Below, in pieces: positions 18,223 to 27,650 of a DNA stretch of 64,000 bases. The notes beneath the pieces are model-generated. The model had not been told where the DNA came from and ran no database searches. It worked only from the letters and a program-made list of their open reading frames with translations. The stretch lies in NCBI GenBank assembly GCA_965214705.1, contig OZ243972.1, forward strand, positions 2,592,001 to 2,656,000, in the 5' to 3' direction. The translations under genes and the position numbers were made by a program. The DNA is from Alphaproteobacteria bacterium (GTDB taxonomy: Bacteria > Pseudomonadota > Alphaproteobacteria > UBA828). Within the stretch, counting starts at the first letter, position 1; each line of letters starts with the position of its first letter.

Positions 18223-20403
18223 TCAGGCGGACGACAAGGTCGGGACGGTCTCGGCGCCCCAGAGCTGACGCTCGCGGATCCACGGCAGGGGTGTTTCGGG
18301 GTGCGGCGAATCGAATTCGCGTGCCAGCCGGTGCGCGTCGAAGATCGCGTTCATGAGCTGTTGCGGCGCACGGCAGTCGCCAACCCTGTAGATGCCGCGG
18401 ATCTCCTTCGCCTCCCACTCTCCGGCGCGCGCCTTGAGTTCTCGATAAAGTGCGGCATTCGGCACTCGCGCGGTCACGAGCACGACTGATTCGCACGGCA
18501 TCTCGATGGTATCGGTGCCCTCGCGGCGCCCGAAGCGCCCGTTGCCAAGGTCGGTCAGGTCGGGGCTGTCACGGTACATGTAGTAGAGCGTGGCTGCGCC
18601 CGGCTCGATTTTTTCCGGCCAGTGATAGGCCAAGTGGCCGATCTTCTTCTCGTGCATCATGCGTTTGAGGTTGCCCATCTCCATCGTGAAATAGGTGTAT
18701 TCCGCGACGTTAGCCGCGTCGTTCGCGATCGTCACCCGCTTGCCCCGGTCGGCCAGAAGCTCGGCCATGGCCGCCCCGGTGAAGTGATTGTCGCCGTCGA
18801 CGATCAGGACCCGTTCGCCGACCGGCTTGCCCGCCATGACCTGCTCGGGCGTGAGACAGTGCGCCAGCGCCGAGTCGGCACCCGGGATCGGGGCCTGGGT
18901 CTCGGCCCCCAGCCCGTCCTCCGACCAGTGAGAGCCCGTCGCGATCACCACCCGATCGGCGCCGTAGTCGAGCACGTCGTCCGCCGTCATGTGGCCGACG
19001 CCGAGATGAACCTCGACGTTCTTGAGCTTGGCGAGCTGGAATTCGCGGTAGCTGATGATCCGGCCCCACTCGGCGCAGCGTGGGTAGCGCGCGACGTCCT
19101 TCCAGAGACCGCCGAGCTCGCTCTCGGCCTCGCGCAGGTGCACGTCGTAGCCGCGCTCTCCCAGCGCCCGCGCACACTCCATGCCGGCGGGTCCGCCGCC
19201 CACCACGAGAACCGAGCAGGGGTCCGTCGACTTCGCGAACTTCTCGGGATGCCAGCCGCGGCGATACTCCTCCATCGTGGTGGCATTCTGGGTGCAGTAA
19301 ATCTGGCCGTTCTGCTGGAACTTCGAGACGCACATGTTGCAGCCGATGCACTCACGGATGTCCTCGGGACGCCCCTCCTCGATCTTCTTCGGCAGAAAGG
19401 GATCGGCGATCGACGGCCGCGCCGCGCCGATGATGTCGCATTGGCCTGTGTTGATGACGCCGACCATGTCGTCGGGGCTGGTGAAGCGCCCGTTGTTGAC
19501 GACCGGTATGTCGCCCATCACCGACTTGACCTGATCGACGAACGGTCCGGTCCAGTTGGTCTTGCGGAAGCGCGAGCCGCCGGCGTCCTCGCCAGCCCAT
19601 TCCTCGAGATCGCCGATCTTGGTGGAGAGCACATCCACCACGCCCTCGCGCGCGAGGATCTCGCAGAAGCCGATGCCCTCGTCGAAGTGCTGGATGCCCC
19701 GGGCGCCGCGCGTGGTGTCGAGGTTGAAGCGGGCGCAGATGGCGCTGTCGTCGCCGCAGGCTCTCTTGAGCGCGCTCAAGACCTCGATGATGAAGCGCGC
19801 GCGGTTCTCCAGCGGCCCGCCGTAGCCGTCGCGGCGGTGATTGTAGCGTCGCTCCAGGAACTGCATGGTGATGTTGCTGTCGCTGCAGATCACCTCGAGG
19901 ATGTCGAAGCCCGCCTGCTGGCCGCGCTTCGCCGCTTCCACGTACATCTCGATGAGCGCCTTGATGTCGTCCGCGTCGGCCTCGGCGCCGTAGATCGTGC
20001 GCGCGCGGTAGCCGTCGGACGGAAGGTCGCCCGCGCTGCGCGGCACCTCGCGCGATTCGAGGCAGGCCGACTGGATGCCGCCGTACCAGAGCTGGACGCC
20101 CGCCAAGGCGCCGTGGCCGTGCAGGGTGTCGCAGAGGTGGCGCAGATTGAGGATGTCGCCTTCGTCCCAGAGCCGCGCGGACACGTAGGGGTAGTCGTCC
20201 GATTCCGGATGGATCGAGCAGAACTCGGTGAACACGGTGCCCCAACCGCCTTCGGCCTTCATGCCCCGGAACGCCGCCTGCGCACCCGGACGCTCGGAGC
20301 CCGGCCCCGCGCAATGCGGTGTCTGCCAGAACCGGTTCTTCGCAACCTTCGGGCCCACCGCGATGGGCTCGAACAGGATGTCGTGCTTCGGATCACGTGG
20401 CAT
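18223..20403 (-). CDS. trimethylamine/histamine dehydrogenase-family protein, paralog 2
   Basis: MPRDPKHDILFEP, NRFWQTPHC, CIGCNMC...CTQN, EEYRRGWHPEKF; collinear with paralog 1. Confidence 0.9.
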   Translation of the reverse strand: MPRDPKHDILFEPIAVGPKVAKNRFWQTPHCAGPGSERPGAQAAFRGMKAEGGWGTVFTEFCSIHPESDDYPYVSARLWDEGDILNLRHLCDTLHGHGALAGVQLWYGGIQSACLESREVPRSAGDLPSDGYRARTIYGAEADADDIKALIEMYVEAAKRGQQAGFDILEVICSDSNITMQFLERRYNHRRDGYGGPLENRARFIIEVLSALKRACGDDSAICARFNLDTTRGARGIQHFDEGIGFCEILAREGVVDVLSTKIGDLEEWAGEDAGGSRFRKTNWTGPFVDQVKSVMGDIPVVNNGRFTSPDDMVGVINTGQCDIIGAARPSIADPFLPKKIEEGRPEDIRECIGCNMCVSKFQQNGQIYCTQNATTMEEYRRGWHPEKFAKSTDPCSVLVVGGGPAGMECARALGERGYDVHLREAESELGGLWKDVARYPRCAEWGRIISYREFQLAKLKNVEVHLGVGHMTADDVLDYGADRVVIATGSHWSEDGLGAETQAPIPGADSALAHCLTPEQVMAGKPVGERVLIVDGDNHFTGAAMAELLADRGKRVTIANDAANVAEYTYFTMEMGNLKRMMHEKKIGHLAYHWPEKIEPGAATLYYMYRDSPDLTDLGNGRFGRREGTDTIEMPCESVVLVTARVPNAALYRELKARAGEWEAKEIRGIYRVGDCRAPQQLMNAIFDAHRLAREFDSPHPETPLPWIRERQLWGAETVPTLSSA

Positions 20404-20570
20404 GAATTCGACCTCCCTGTGTCATCGCTCAGCATTCAGTCGGAATGCCTGGAGTACTGTCTTCCGATGTATAGCGGTTGCCCCAGCCAAGCCCGCTAGA
20501 CCGAGTTTGCTGGACTACGCCCCGTCATGCGACGCGGCAACGTTTCTGCAAGTCCCCTTGTCCATCACCT

Positions 20571-20661
20571 TGTTGTTCGGCACGTCGGTTGCGCGTCGAT
20601 CGCGCGATAAGCTATTGAAGTGGCTCGATAATTAGGGGTCACAATTGCACGCCGAGCAACA
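20571..20661 (-). repeat. 91-bp IS21-end-like miniature element, copy 3
   Basis: Reverse complement TGTTGCTCGGCGTGCAATTGTGACCCC...TCAATAGCTTATCGCGC...CCGAACAACA aligns with copy 2. Confidence 0.7.
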
Positions 20662-21120
20662 GACTGGGCGTCCAGCGCCGGCAAAATCATGCCGAATGGA
20701 TCGCGGCCTTCACCGGATGCTCAGAGTGCCAGGCTAACTGGTGGAAGGGTAGCGGGTGAAAGTCCCGCGAAACGAAAGGAGTAGCCAACCACGTTTCTCC
20801 GCGAGCCGTGCATCGTCGGCCGTGAGGCTGGGGGTGAAGCGTCGGTAGCGGTGCATGCGGGCAGGGACAGTGAACGCCGAAAACGAGATGGTCCGAAGTG
20901 CCGAGACGGTTGAGCACGTCGAAGGCAACATCTCCCGCACCGTAATATGGCGAGGTGTGAGGGAGCTTCGCGGCGTCGGGGACCCCATGCACGCATGTAA
21001 GCCCACCACCGGGACCTGGGAGGTCTTCACTCTGCCCCGATGGTCGTATCGGGGCCGCGAAGGGAAGGAGGTATCCGAAGCCTGAGATGAACGGAGTGAA
21101 GAAGTCGGACGGGGCCATAG

Positions 21121-22322
21121 GGAAGGTCTGATCAAGTCGAGTGTGCCATGATTTTCGTAGGAGTCGCAGATTGGATGATCGGGTCATGGCACAGGCGAGC
21201 TTTTCGGAACTGGAGCACGACTTGAAGAAGCGCCGGACGCGGCGCGAGCTGTTCCTGGAGAAGATGGACAAGCTGGTTCCCTGGGAGCGGCTGGAACGGC
21301 GGATCGAGCCGTTCTATCCGAAGGCGGGGCGCGGTCGGCGCCCGTACCCGCTTGCGGTGATGCTGCGCGTTCACTGCGTGCAGCTGTTCTACAACCTGAG
21401 CGATCCGGGGATGGAGGACCTGCTCTACGAGGTGGAGTCGGTGCGGCGTTTCGTGGGGCTGCGGCTGGCGGAGGCGTTGCCTGACGAGACCACCATCCTG
21501 AACTTCCGGCATCTTCTGGAGAAGCACGGCCTGGGCGAGGGTCTGTTCGAGGAGATCAATGCGCACCTGGCGTCGCGCGGCCATTGGCTGCGCACGGGGA
21601 CGATCGTTGACGCGAGCATCATCGAGGCGCCGTCGTCGACGAAGAACCGGCGCCGCGCACGGGACCCTGAGATGCGTCAGACGAGGAAGGGCAAGCAGTG
21701 GTATTTCGGGATGAAGGCGCACATCGGGGTGGACGCCGGGTCGGGTCTGGCACACAGCGTGGTGACGACGGCGGCCAACGCAAGCGACGTGACGCAGGCG
21801 GGAGCGCTGCTGCATGGCGCTGAGACGACGGCGTGGGGCGACGCGGGCTACCAGGGGGTGGAGAAGCGTCCCGAGCACCGGGATGGCGGTGTCGAGTGGC
21901 GTGTGGCGATGAAGCCGGGGCGGCGCCGGCTGCTGGCCGGGGGTGGCGCCGAAGCGGCGGCCGAGACGCGCAAGGCGTCGGTGCGGGCGAAGGTGGAGCA
22001 TCCGTTCCTGTACGTGAAGCGGCACTTCGGCTACGCCAAGGTGCGCTACCGGGGCGTGGCGAAGAACAGGCAGCGCATCGCGTTGCTGCTGGGGTTCTCG
22101 AACCTGCTGATCGCCGGCCGCTACGCGACGCAATGACAGGGGAGCAGTCCGCCCGCCGCCGGCGGGACGACGGGGAATGCGGCGGATCGACGCGGATATC
22201 GCCCGTTCGCTCCGTATCCCGCGACAAAAGCAGCCCCCGGCCTGCCGGCAATATCGTCGAGCTTCAAATCCAAGCCCCCTCTCCCCCTCGAAGCCGCCAA
22301 GATGGGGTTGTTCAGACTTTCC
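21121..22322 (+). mobile_element. IS5-family insertion sequence
   Basis: TIRs GGAAGGTCTGATCAA/TTGTTCAGACTTTCC; TSD ATAG at 21117-21120 and 22323-22326. Confidence 0.95.
21186..22136 (+). CDS. IS5 transposase
   Basis: RTRRELFL, PDETTILNFRHLLE, IVDAS, FGMKAHIGVD, GDAGY, RAKVEHPF. Confidence 0.96.
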   Translation: MAQASFSELEHDLKKRRTRRELFLEKMDKLVPWERLERRIEPFYPKAGRGRRPYPLAVMLRVHCVQLFYNLSDPGMEDLLYEVESVRRFVGLRLAEALPDETTILNFRHLLEKHGLGEGLFEEINAHLASRGHWLRTGTIVDASIIEAPSSTKNRRRARDPEMRQTRKGKQWYFGMKAHIGVDAGSGLAHSVVTTAANASDVTQAGALLHGAETTAWGDAGYQGVEKRPEHRDGGVEWRVAMKPGRRRLLAGGGAEAAAETRKASVRAKVEHPFLYVKRHFGYAKVRYRGVAKNRQRIALLLGFSNLLIAGRYATQ

Positions 22323-22327
22323 ATAGT

Positions 22328-24351
22328 GTGTGCTGGGCAGCGCCCAGATCAGGTGGGTTCAAGTCCCACTGGCGCTCGGGTAAGGGGCGCCATATCCAAA
22401 AGTGGGGGTAATTCCTCACTGGCCGGAGTGAGCCGATAAGCGAAACTCTAAACGGGCACGAAGCCGGAAACGGCGGAGACAGCCAAGGGAGGAGCTAAGT
22501 TGGTCCACTGTCGAAAGACAACCGGAAGGCAGGGTGTCCACCGCGAGGTGGAATCTGAAGGGCTTGCGGAGAAGTACCGGGCCGTAATCGAGGGGGCCAC
22601 CCCATGATGAATCGGTCGGCCAAAGACGGGGCAAGGTCGAGCCGGCACTATGGCGGCGAAGGCGTTCTTACCCACCCGTCGCACCAAGGTGTTTGCGAGC
22701 GGCACGGTACGGAAGATCTGGACGTGACCCCAGGAGGGCTCGCCGCGTTCCCGGGTGGCACCGGGATAACGGACCCTATAAGCCGAAAGGCGAAATGGGA
22801 AAGGATGCGCGGCGAGCAATCGGACAACCGAATAGTACCTGAAGCCCGGCGAAAGCCGGGTGACCGCGCGAGCGGCGGCCGTGTGGGCCGGGGAAGTCGG
22901 TTGGCAGAGGTGGTCGGCGAGAGACAGCGATGAGTGAGTAAGGACCATGACGCGGACAAGTTCCTTGAGCGAAAGACCCGGACATCATGGCCCGAGGAGA
23001 CTCATCGACTGGATCAACCCGGCGGGTGACAGGAAGGTCCACTCACTGGTGGACAAGGTGTACAAGCGGAAGAACCTTGAGGTGGCCTGGGAAAAGGTGA
23101 AGCGCAACCGGGGTGCCGGTGGCGTGGACGGAGAGGATTTAGCGGCGTTCGAGGCATCGCTGGATGCAAATCTCGATCGCCTGCACCGGGAGTTGCGGGA
23201 CGGTGAGTATCACCCGCAGCCGGTTCTCCAATGCCTGATCCCCAAGGCGGGCCAGCCGGGGAAGTTCCGCCCGCTCGGCATCCCGACAATCTACGACCGG
23301 GTGTGCCAGCAGGCGCTGCTGAACCGGCTGGAACCGATCTTCGAGCCGGTGTTCGACGATGCCAACTACGGGTACCGGCAAGGAAGGTCTGCCCATGGAG
23401 CGTTACGCAAGATATGGAGGGAACTGGACGAGGGCAACGAGTGGGTTCTCGATGCGGATTTGAAAGACTTTTTCGGGTCCGTGGACCACGAAAAGCTCCT
23501 CGAACTCGTCAACCAGCGAGTCTCGGATGGCCGGGTATTAGGTCTGCTCAGGCAGATGCTCACGGCCGGGGTGGTGGCCGACGGTAAGAGGCTGCCGACC
23601 GAACAGGGCACTCCGCAGGGCGGCATCGTTTCACCGCTGCTCAGCAATATCTTGCTGACCCCGTTCGATTGGGAAATGCGTCGTCGCGGCTATCGACTAA
23701 CGCGATACGCCGATGATTGGCTGATCACGTGCCGCACACGCGGGGAAGCCCGCGCAGCACTGGAGACGGCCAGGCGGATTCTGGCAAAGCTGGGTGTGTC
23801 CCTCAACGCCGGGAAGACCCGCATTGTCCATGTCAGGCACGGGTTTGAGTTCCTCGGCTACAAGATCAAGCAGGGCGAGCGGCCTCTCCGGCTGTCGTCC
23901 TCCAAGATCAAGAGCGGGGTTCGCGGGGGAGCGCGCTACGCGGTTCCGCGTGAGAAATCCATCCGGCACTTCAAGGACCAGATTCGCCAGCGTACCCGGC
24001 GCAAGGCTCCTGTCAGCACGCAGGAGCTGATTGACGAGATCAACCCGATCATTCGGGGATGGGGCCAATACTATTGCAAGGCCCACGTCCGCGGGCTCTT
24101 CCACCAGCTTGACGGCTGGATCGTGCGGCGGCTCTGGTCGCATCGTCGCAAGCGCTGGCGCAACGCTGGCTGGAAACAGTTGCCGGAGCGCAAGCTGATC
24201 GACGAATACGGGCTTGTTCGCCTGATCTCACTGGTTCCGTCCTTGAACCTTCGTTGAGACACCTTTGTGAAAGCGGCTTACGGGAAAACCGTACGGGCCG
24301 TTTGAGCGGCGGACGGAGGCTAGCCTCGCGGGGCGCCTCCTCCGACCCGAC
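22328..24351 (+). mobile_element. group II intron B (intact), inserted inside intron A
   Basis: 5' GTGTG; EBS1 ACTATG (22647-22652) pairs with upstream CATAGT; DV AAAGCGGCTTACGGGAAAACCGTACGGGCCGTTT; 3' CCCGAC. Removing it restores ATAGT/ACCGATGAAG of intron A. Confidence 0.9.
22947..24257 (+). CDS. ltrA: group II intron reverse transcriptase/maturase, no endonuclease domain
   Basis: HSLVDKVY, GAGGVDG, RPLGIPT, DADLKDFF, GTPQGG, RYADD, FEFLGY, X domain NPIIRGWGQYY. Confidence 0.95.
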   Translation: MTRTSSLSERPGHHGPRRLIDWINPAGDRKVHSLVDKVYKRKNLEVAWEKVKRNRGAGGVDGEDLAAFEASLDANLDRLHRELRDGEYHPQPVLQCLIPKAGQPGKFRPLGIPTIYDRVCQQALLNRLEPIFEPVFDDANYGYRQGRSAHGALRKIWRELDEGNEWVLDADLKDFFGSVDHEKLLELVNQRVSDGRVLGLLRQMLTAGVVADGKRLPTEQGTPQGGIVSPLLSNILLTPFDWEMRRRGYRLTRYADDWLITCRTRGEARAALETARRILAKLGVSLNAGKTRIVHVRHGFEFLGYKIKQGERPLRLSSSKIKSGVRGGARYAVPREKSIRHFKDQIRQRTRRKAPVSTQELIDEINPIIRGWGQYYCKAHVRGLFHQLDGWIVRRLWSHRRKRWRNAGWKQLPERKLIDEYGLVRLISLVPSLNLR

Positions 24352-24850
24352 ACCGATGAAGCGGGCGAACAAGGGGGCGCGAGCCCCTGCGGAACCTGTG
24401 GAGGGAAGGGCCTCGACCAAGGGGAATCCGCGAAGCGAAAGCACGCGCCGGACGCAGGGCCGGGAAAGCGTGACCCAGGCCGCCGAGCGGATACGTCAAG
24501 CTGCAACGAGGAAGCCGCAGGAGAAACTGACGGCGCTCCTGCACCATGTCACACCGGACGCGCTGCGCTGGGCCTTCCACGCGTTGAAGCGGGACGCCGC
24601 GGCGGGGATGGACGGCATGACATGGGCTGAGTACGCGAACGGTGTTGTTTCCCGCTTTAGCCGGATAGCGGGTCGGCGATTTTTCTCACATTGATCGGTT
24701 CAGGGATTTCCCCGGATGGTGGGGGAAAGCGGGAGATCGGCGAGCATCGCGGCTTCGGCGGTTGGCGGTGCCGGGGCGGGACCGTAGTCTCGGGCTGACG
24801 AGGAACAAGAAAGAGGCCCGCGCGGGCTGACTCCCGCCGGGCCATGGCCG

Positions 24851-25486
24851 GTGCAGCTTCGCTACGAAACGGGGCTTACCGGCGAGGAATACGTTAGGGC
24901 CGAGGCGTGGCGCGACGCAAGGCTTGAGCGCTGCCCGAATCACCCGCACGGCGGATGTTCCGTGGGAAGCCACGGCACCTACGGGCGGAAGACCCCGCCC
25001 GGCGCGAGGGTTCCTCGCTGGTATTGCCGCGAGAGCCATACGACGATCAGCCTTCTGGCCGACTGCCTGGCGGCGCGGCTGCCGGGCACGCTCGACGATC
25101 TGGAAGCGGTTGTCGTCGCGGCCGAGGGCGCGAAGAGCCAGGAGGAGGCGGCGAACGAGGTGCGCCGCCCCGAGGACGATGACGCCATCGAGCTTCCCGG
25201 CGCGCTGCGCTGGCTGCGCCGGCGGGTGGATCTCGTCCACGATGTCCTTTCCCGCGTTATCGGCCTGATCCCCGACAAGCTCGCGGGCTGCGCCGCCACC
25301 ATGAGCGCGGTGCGCGACAAGCTCAAAAGCAACCGCGCATTGATGGCGCTGCGCGGCCTGGTCGCCGGGCAGCTGCAGGCGCTGCCCGCGCCGTTGGGCT
25401 TCCAACCCCACGGAACCGGCGCGAGGAGTCGCAAGCCGGGCCTCCAACACTCGATGGGGCCTGATCCGCCCCCGCCAGGCGCCTAG
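24851..25486 (+). CDS. putative Zn-binding transposon accessory protein (DUF6431-like position)
   Basis: CPNHPHGGC...HGTYGRK...RWYC...TISLL; first gene of the element. Confidence 0.65.
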   Translation: MQLRYETGLTGEEYVRAEAWRDARLERCPNHPHGGCSVGSHGTYGRKTPPGARVPRWYCRESHTTISLLADCLAARLPGTLDDLEAVVVAAEGAKSQEEAANEVRRPEDDDAIELPGALRWLRRRVDLVHDVLSRVIGLIPDKLAGCAATMSAVRDKLKSNRALMALRGLVAGQLQALPAPLGFQPHGTGARSRKPGLQHSMGPDPPPPGA

Positions 25487-25530
25487 CGTCATGGTCCCGG
25501 GCCCGAGGGGCCGCGAACGAGGACCGTGAC

Positions 25531-26850
25531 ATGAAGGAATCGGATGACGACCTCCGCCAGGCGATCGCGCTCTTCCGATACGGCGTGATCGCCGATCTGG
25601 TGCATCTGCCGCTGGGCACGAAGGGCGTCGGCGACAGGCTTCGCGAGAAGGCCAGCCAGCCCTATGCCATCCCCGGAACCGACCGGACCCGGGTTGCCGC
25701 CGACACCATGCGGGAGTGGATCAGGCACTACCGCGATGGCGGCTTCGAGGCGCTCTACCCCAAGCCGCGCACCGACCGGGGCAAGCCCCGGCGGCTGCCG
25801 CCCGAGGTCGCCGAGCGCCTGGTCGCGCTGAAGGCCGACAACCCGGCCTGGCCGGTGCGCGCGATCATCCGCGCGGCCGCCGAGGAGGGCATCGATCACC
25901 CGCTCGCGCCCTCGACCGTGCACCGGCTGCTGAGCCGCGAGGGGCTGTTCGACAGGAAGCCGCCGGACGGCGCCGACCGCCGCCGCTTCGCCTTCCGCGA
26001 GGCCGGCGAGCTGTGGATGAGCGACGTCATGCACGGGCCCAAGGTCCGCTTCGGCCGGAGCCGGCGCAAGACCTACCTCATCGCATTCATCGACGACGCC
26101 ACCCGGGTCGTGCCCTTCGCCGCCTTCGCCACGGCCGAGAACGTCCAGGCCTTCCTGCCCGTGTTCAAGAATGCGCTGATCCGCCGCGGGCTGCCGCAGC
26201 GCCTTTATGTCGACAACGGCGCCGCCTACCGCTCCCGCCATCTCGCCCTGATCTGCGCAAGACTGGGCGTCGTGCTGGTGCATGCGAGGCCGTATCAGCC
26301 AGCCGGAAAGGGCAAGATCGAACGCTGGTTCAGAACGCTTCGCGCCGGCTGGCTCGCCCATCTCGATGCGCCGGTCCTGGACAGCCTCCAGACGCTCAAC
26401 CGCAGCCTCTGGGCGTGGATCGAGGGCGAGTATCACGACACCCCGCATCGCGGCCTCGAGGGACGCACGCCGCTGGAGCAGTGGGCGTTGGCCTCGGCCG
26501 CGGTCCGCTACCCCGACGCCACGCTCGACCTCGACGACATCTTCCTCTTCGAGGCCAGGCGGCTGGTCCACAAGGACCGCACCGTCAGCCTCAACGGTCG
26601 CGTCTACGAGGTCGACGCCATCCTGGTCGGGGAAAGGGTCGTGCTGCGCTACGACCCGGAGGCACCGCCCGGCCGGCCGCTCGACGTGGTCTGCGACGGA
26701 AAGCCCGCCGGCCAGGCAACCCGCCTCGACGCCTATGCCAACACCGCGGTGAAGCGCGGCCACTACTCCAAGAAGATCGAGCCCGACGACCCGGCGCCCG
26801 AGCCGCCGCCCTCGCCGCTCAAGATGCGCAAGTTCAAGGAGGACGACTGA
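25531..26850 (+). CDS. DDE transposase/integrase (IS481/Mu-like, rve core plus C-terminal beta-barrel)
   Basis: N-terminal HTHs, WMSD, FIDD, YVDNG, KGKIERWF. Confidence 0.92.
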   Translation: MKESDDDLRQAIALFRYGVIADLVHLPLGTKGVGDRLREKASQPYAIPGTDRTRVAADTMREWIRHYRDGGFEALYPKPRTDRGKPRRLPPEVAERLVALKADNPAWPVRAIIRAAAEEGIDHPLAPSTVHRLLSREGLFDRKPPDGADRRRFAFREAGELWMSDVMHGPKVRFGRSRRKTYLIAFIDDATRVVPFAAFATAENVQAFLPVFKNALIRRGLPQRLYVDNGAAYRSRHLALICARLGVVLVHARPYQPAGKGKIERWFRTLRAGWLAHLDAPVLDSLQTLNRSLWAWIEGEYHDTPHRGLEGRTPLEQWALASAAVRYPDATLDLDDIFLFEARRLVHKDRTVSLNGRVYEVDAILVGERVVLRYDPEAPPGRPLDVVCDGKPAGQATRLDAYANTAVKRGHYSKKIEPDDPAPEPPPSPLKMRKFKEDD

Positions 26851-27650
26851 TGTACCAGCGCCACTTCGCCCTGACCGGCATGCCCTTCGAGACCCCGGCA
26901 CAGACCGACGAGCTGTTCGAATCCTCGGCCCGGCGCGAGGCCGAGGCCAGGCTCGGCCACCTCATCGAGCTCAAGGGCATCGGCCTGCTCACCGGCGAGG
27001 TCGGCGCCGGCAAGACCACCGTCTGCCGCCACCTCACCGACCAGCTCCACCCGGGGCTGTATCGCGTCCATTACGTCTCGCTCACCACCGGCAACGTGCT
27101 CGACACCTACAAGGCCATCGGATGGGAGCTCGGGCTGACCGTCGAGCGATCCCGCTCCTCGGCCCATCACGCGATCAGGACCGAGATCTCCCGCCTCGCC
27201 AAGGAAGCCAGGCAGCTCCCCGTCCTCGTCGTCGACGAGGCCCACCATCTGCGCAACGACGTGTTGGAGGATCTCCGCCTGCTGACCAACTTCGCCATGG
27301 ACTCCGAGAACCGCATGTGCCTCATCCTGGTCGGCCTCACTGAGCTCAGGCGGCGGCTGTCCATGGCGGTGCATGAGTCCCTCAGCCAGCGCCTCGTCGT
27401 GCGGCACCACCTCACCGGCCTCGAACGCGACGAGGTCGACGCCTATCTGACCCACCGCCTCCGGCTCGCCGGATGCGAGCTGCCGCTGTTCGAGGAGGCC
27501 GCCGTCGAGGCCCTGTTCCAGGGCACCCGCGGCCTGCCGCGCCAGATCAACCGCATCGCCCATTACGCGCTGTCGGCCGCCGCCCTCGACAAGGCAAAGA
27601 CCGTCAACGCCAACCACATCCAGACCGCCCTCGACGAGCTTCAGCCATGA
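26850..27650 (+). CDS. ExeA-family AAA+ ATPase (TniB/TnsC-like transposition partner)
   Basis: GEVGAGKTT, VLVVDEAH, LSQR, GLPRQIN; start overlaps the transposase stop. Confidence 0.9.
   Translation: MYQRHFALTGMPFETPAQTDELFESSARREAEARLGHLIELKGIGLLTGEVGAGKTTVCRHLTDQLHPGLYRVHYVSLTTGNVLDTYKAIGWELGLTVERSRSSAHHAIRTEISRLAKEARQLPVLVVDEAHHLRNDVLEDLRLLTNFAMDSENRMCLILVGLTELRRRLSMAVHESLSQRLVVRHHLTGLERDEVDAYLTHRLRLAGCELPLFEEAAVEALFQGTRGLPRQINRIAHYALSAAALDKAKTVNANHIQTALDELQP

Noticed and set aside
20577-20593. Sigma54 promoter (CGGCAC-N5-TTGC)
   Set aside because: It lies inside the 91-bp repeat, points away from the dehydrogenase gene, and is not conserved in the other copies.
26850-27650. Type II secretion ExeA gene
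   Set aside because: No secretion genes nearby; it is coupled to a DDE transposase inside TIRs.
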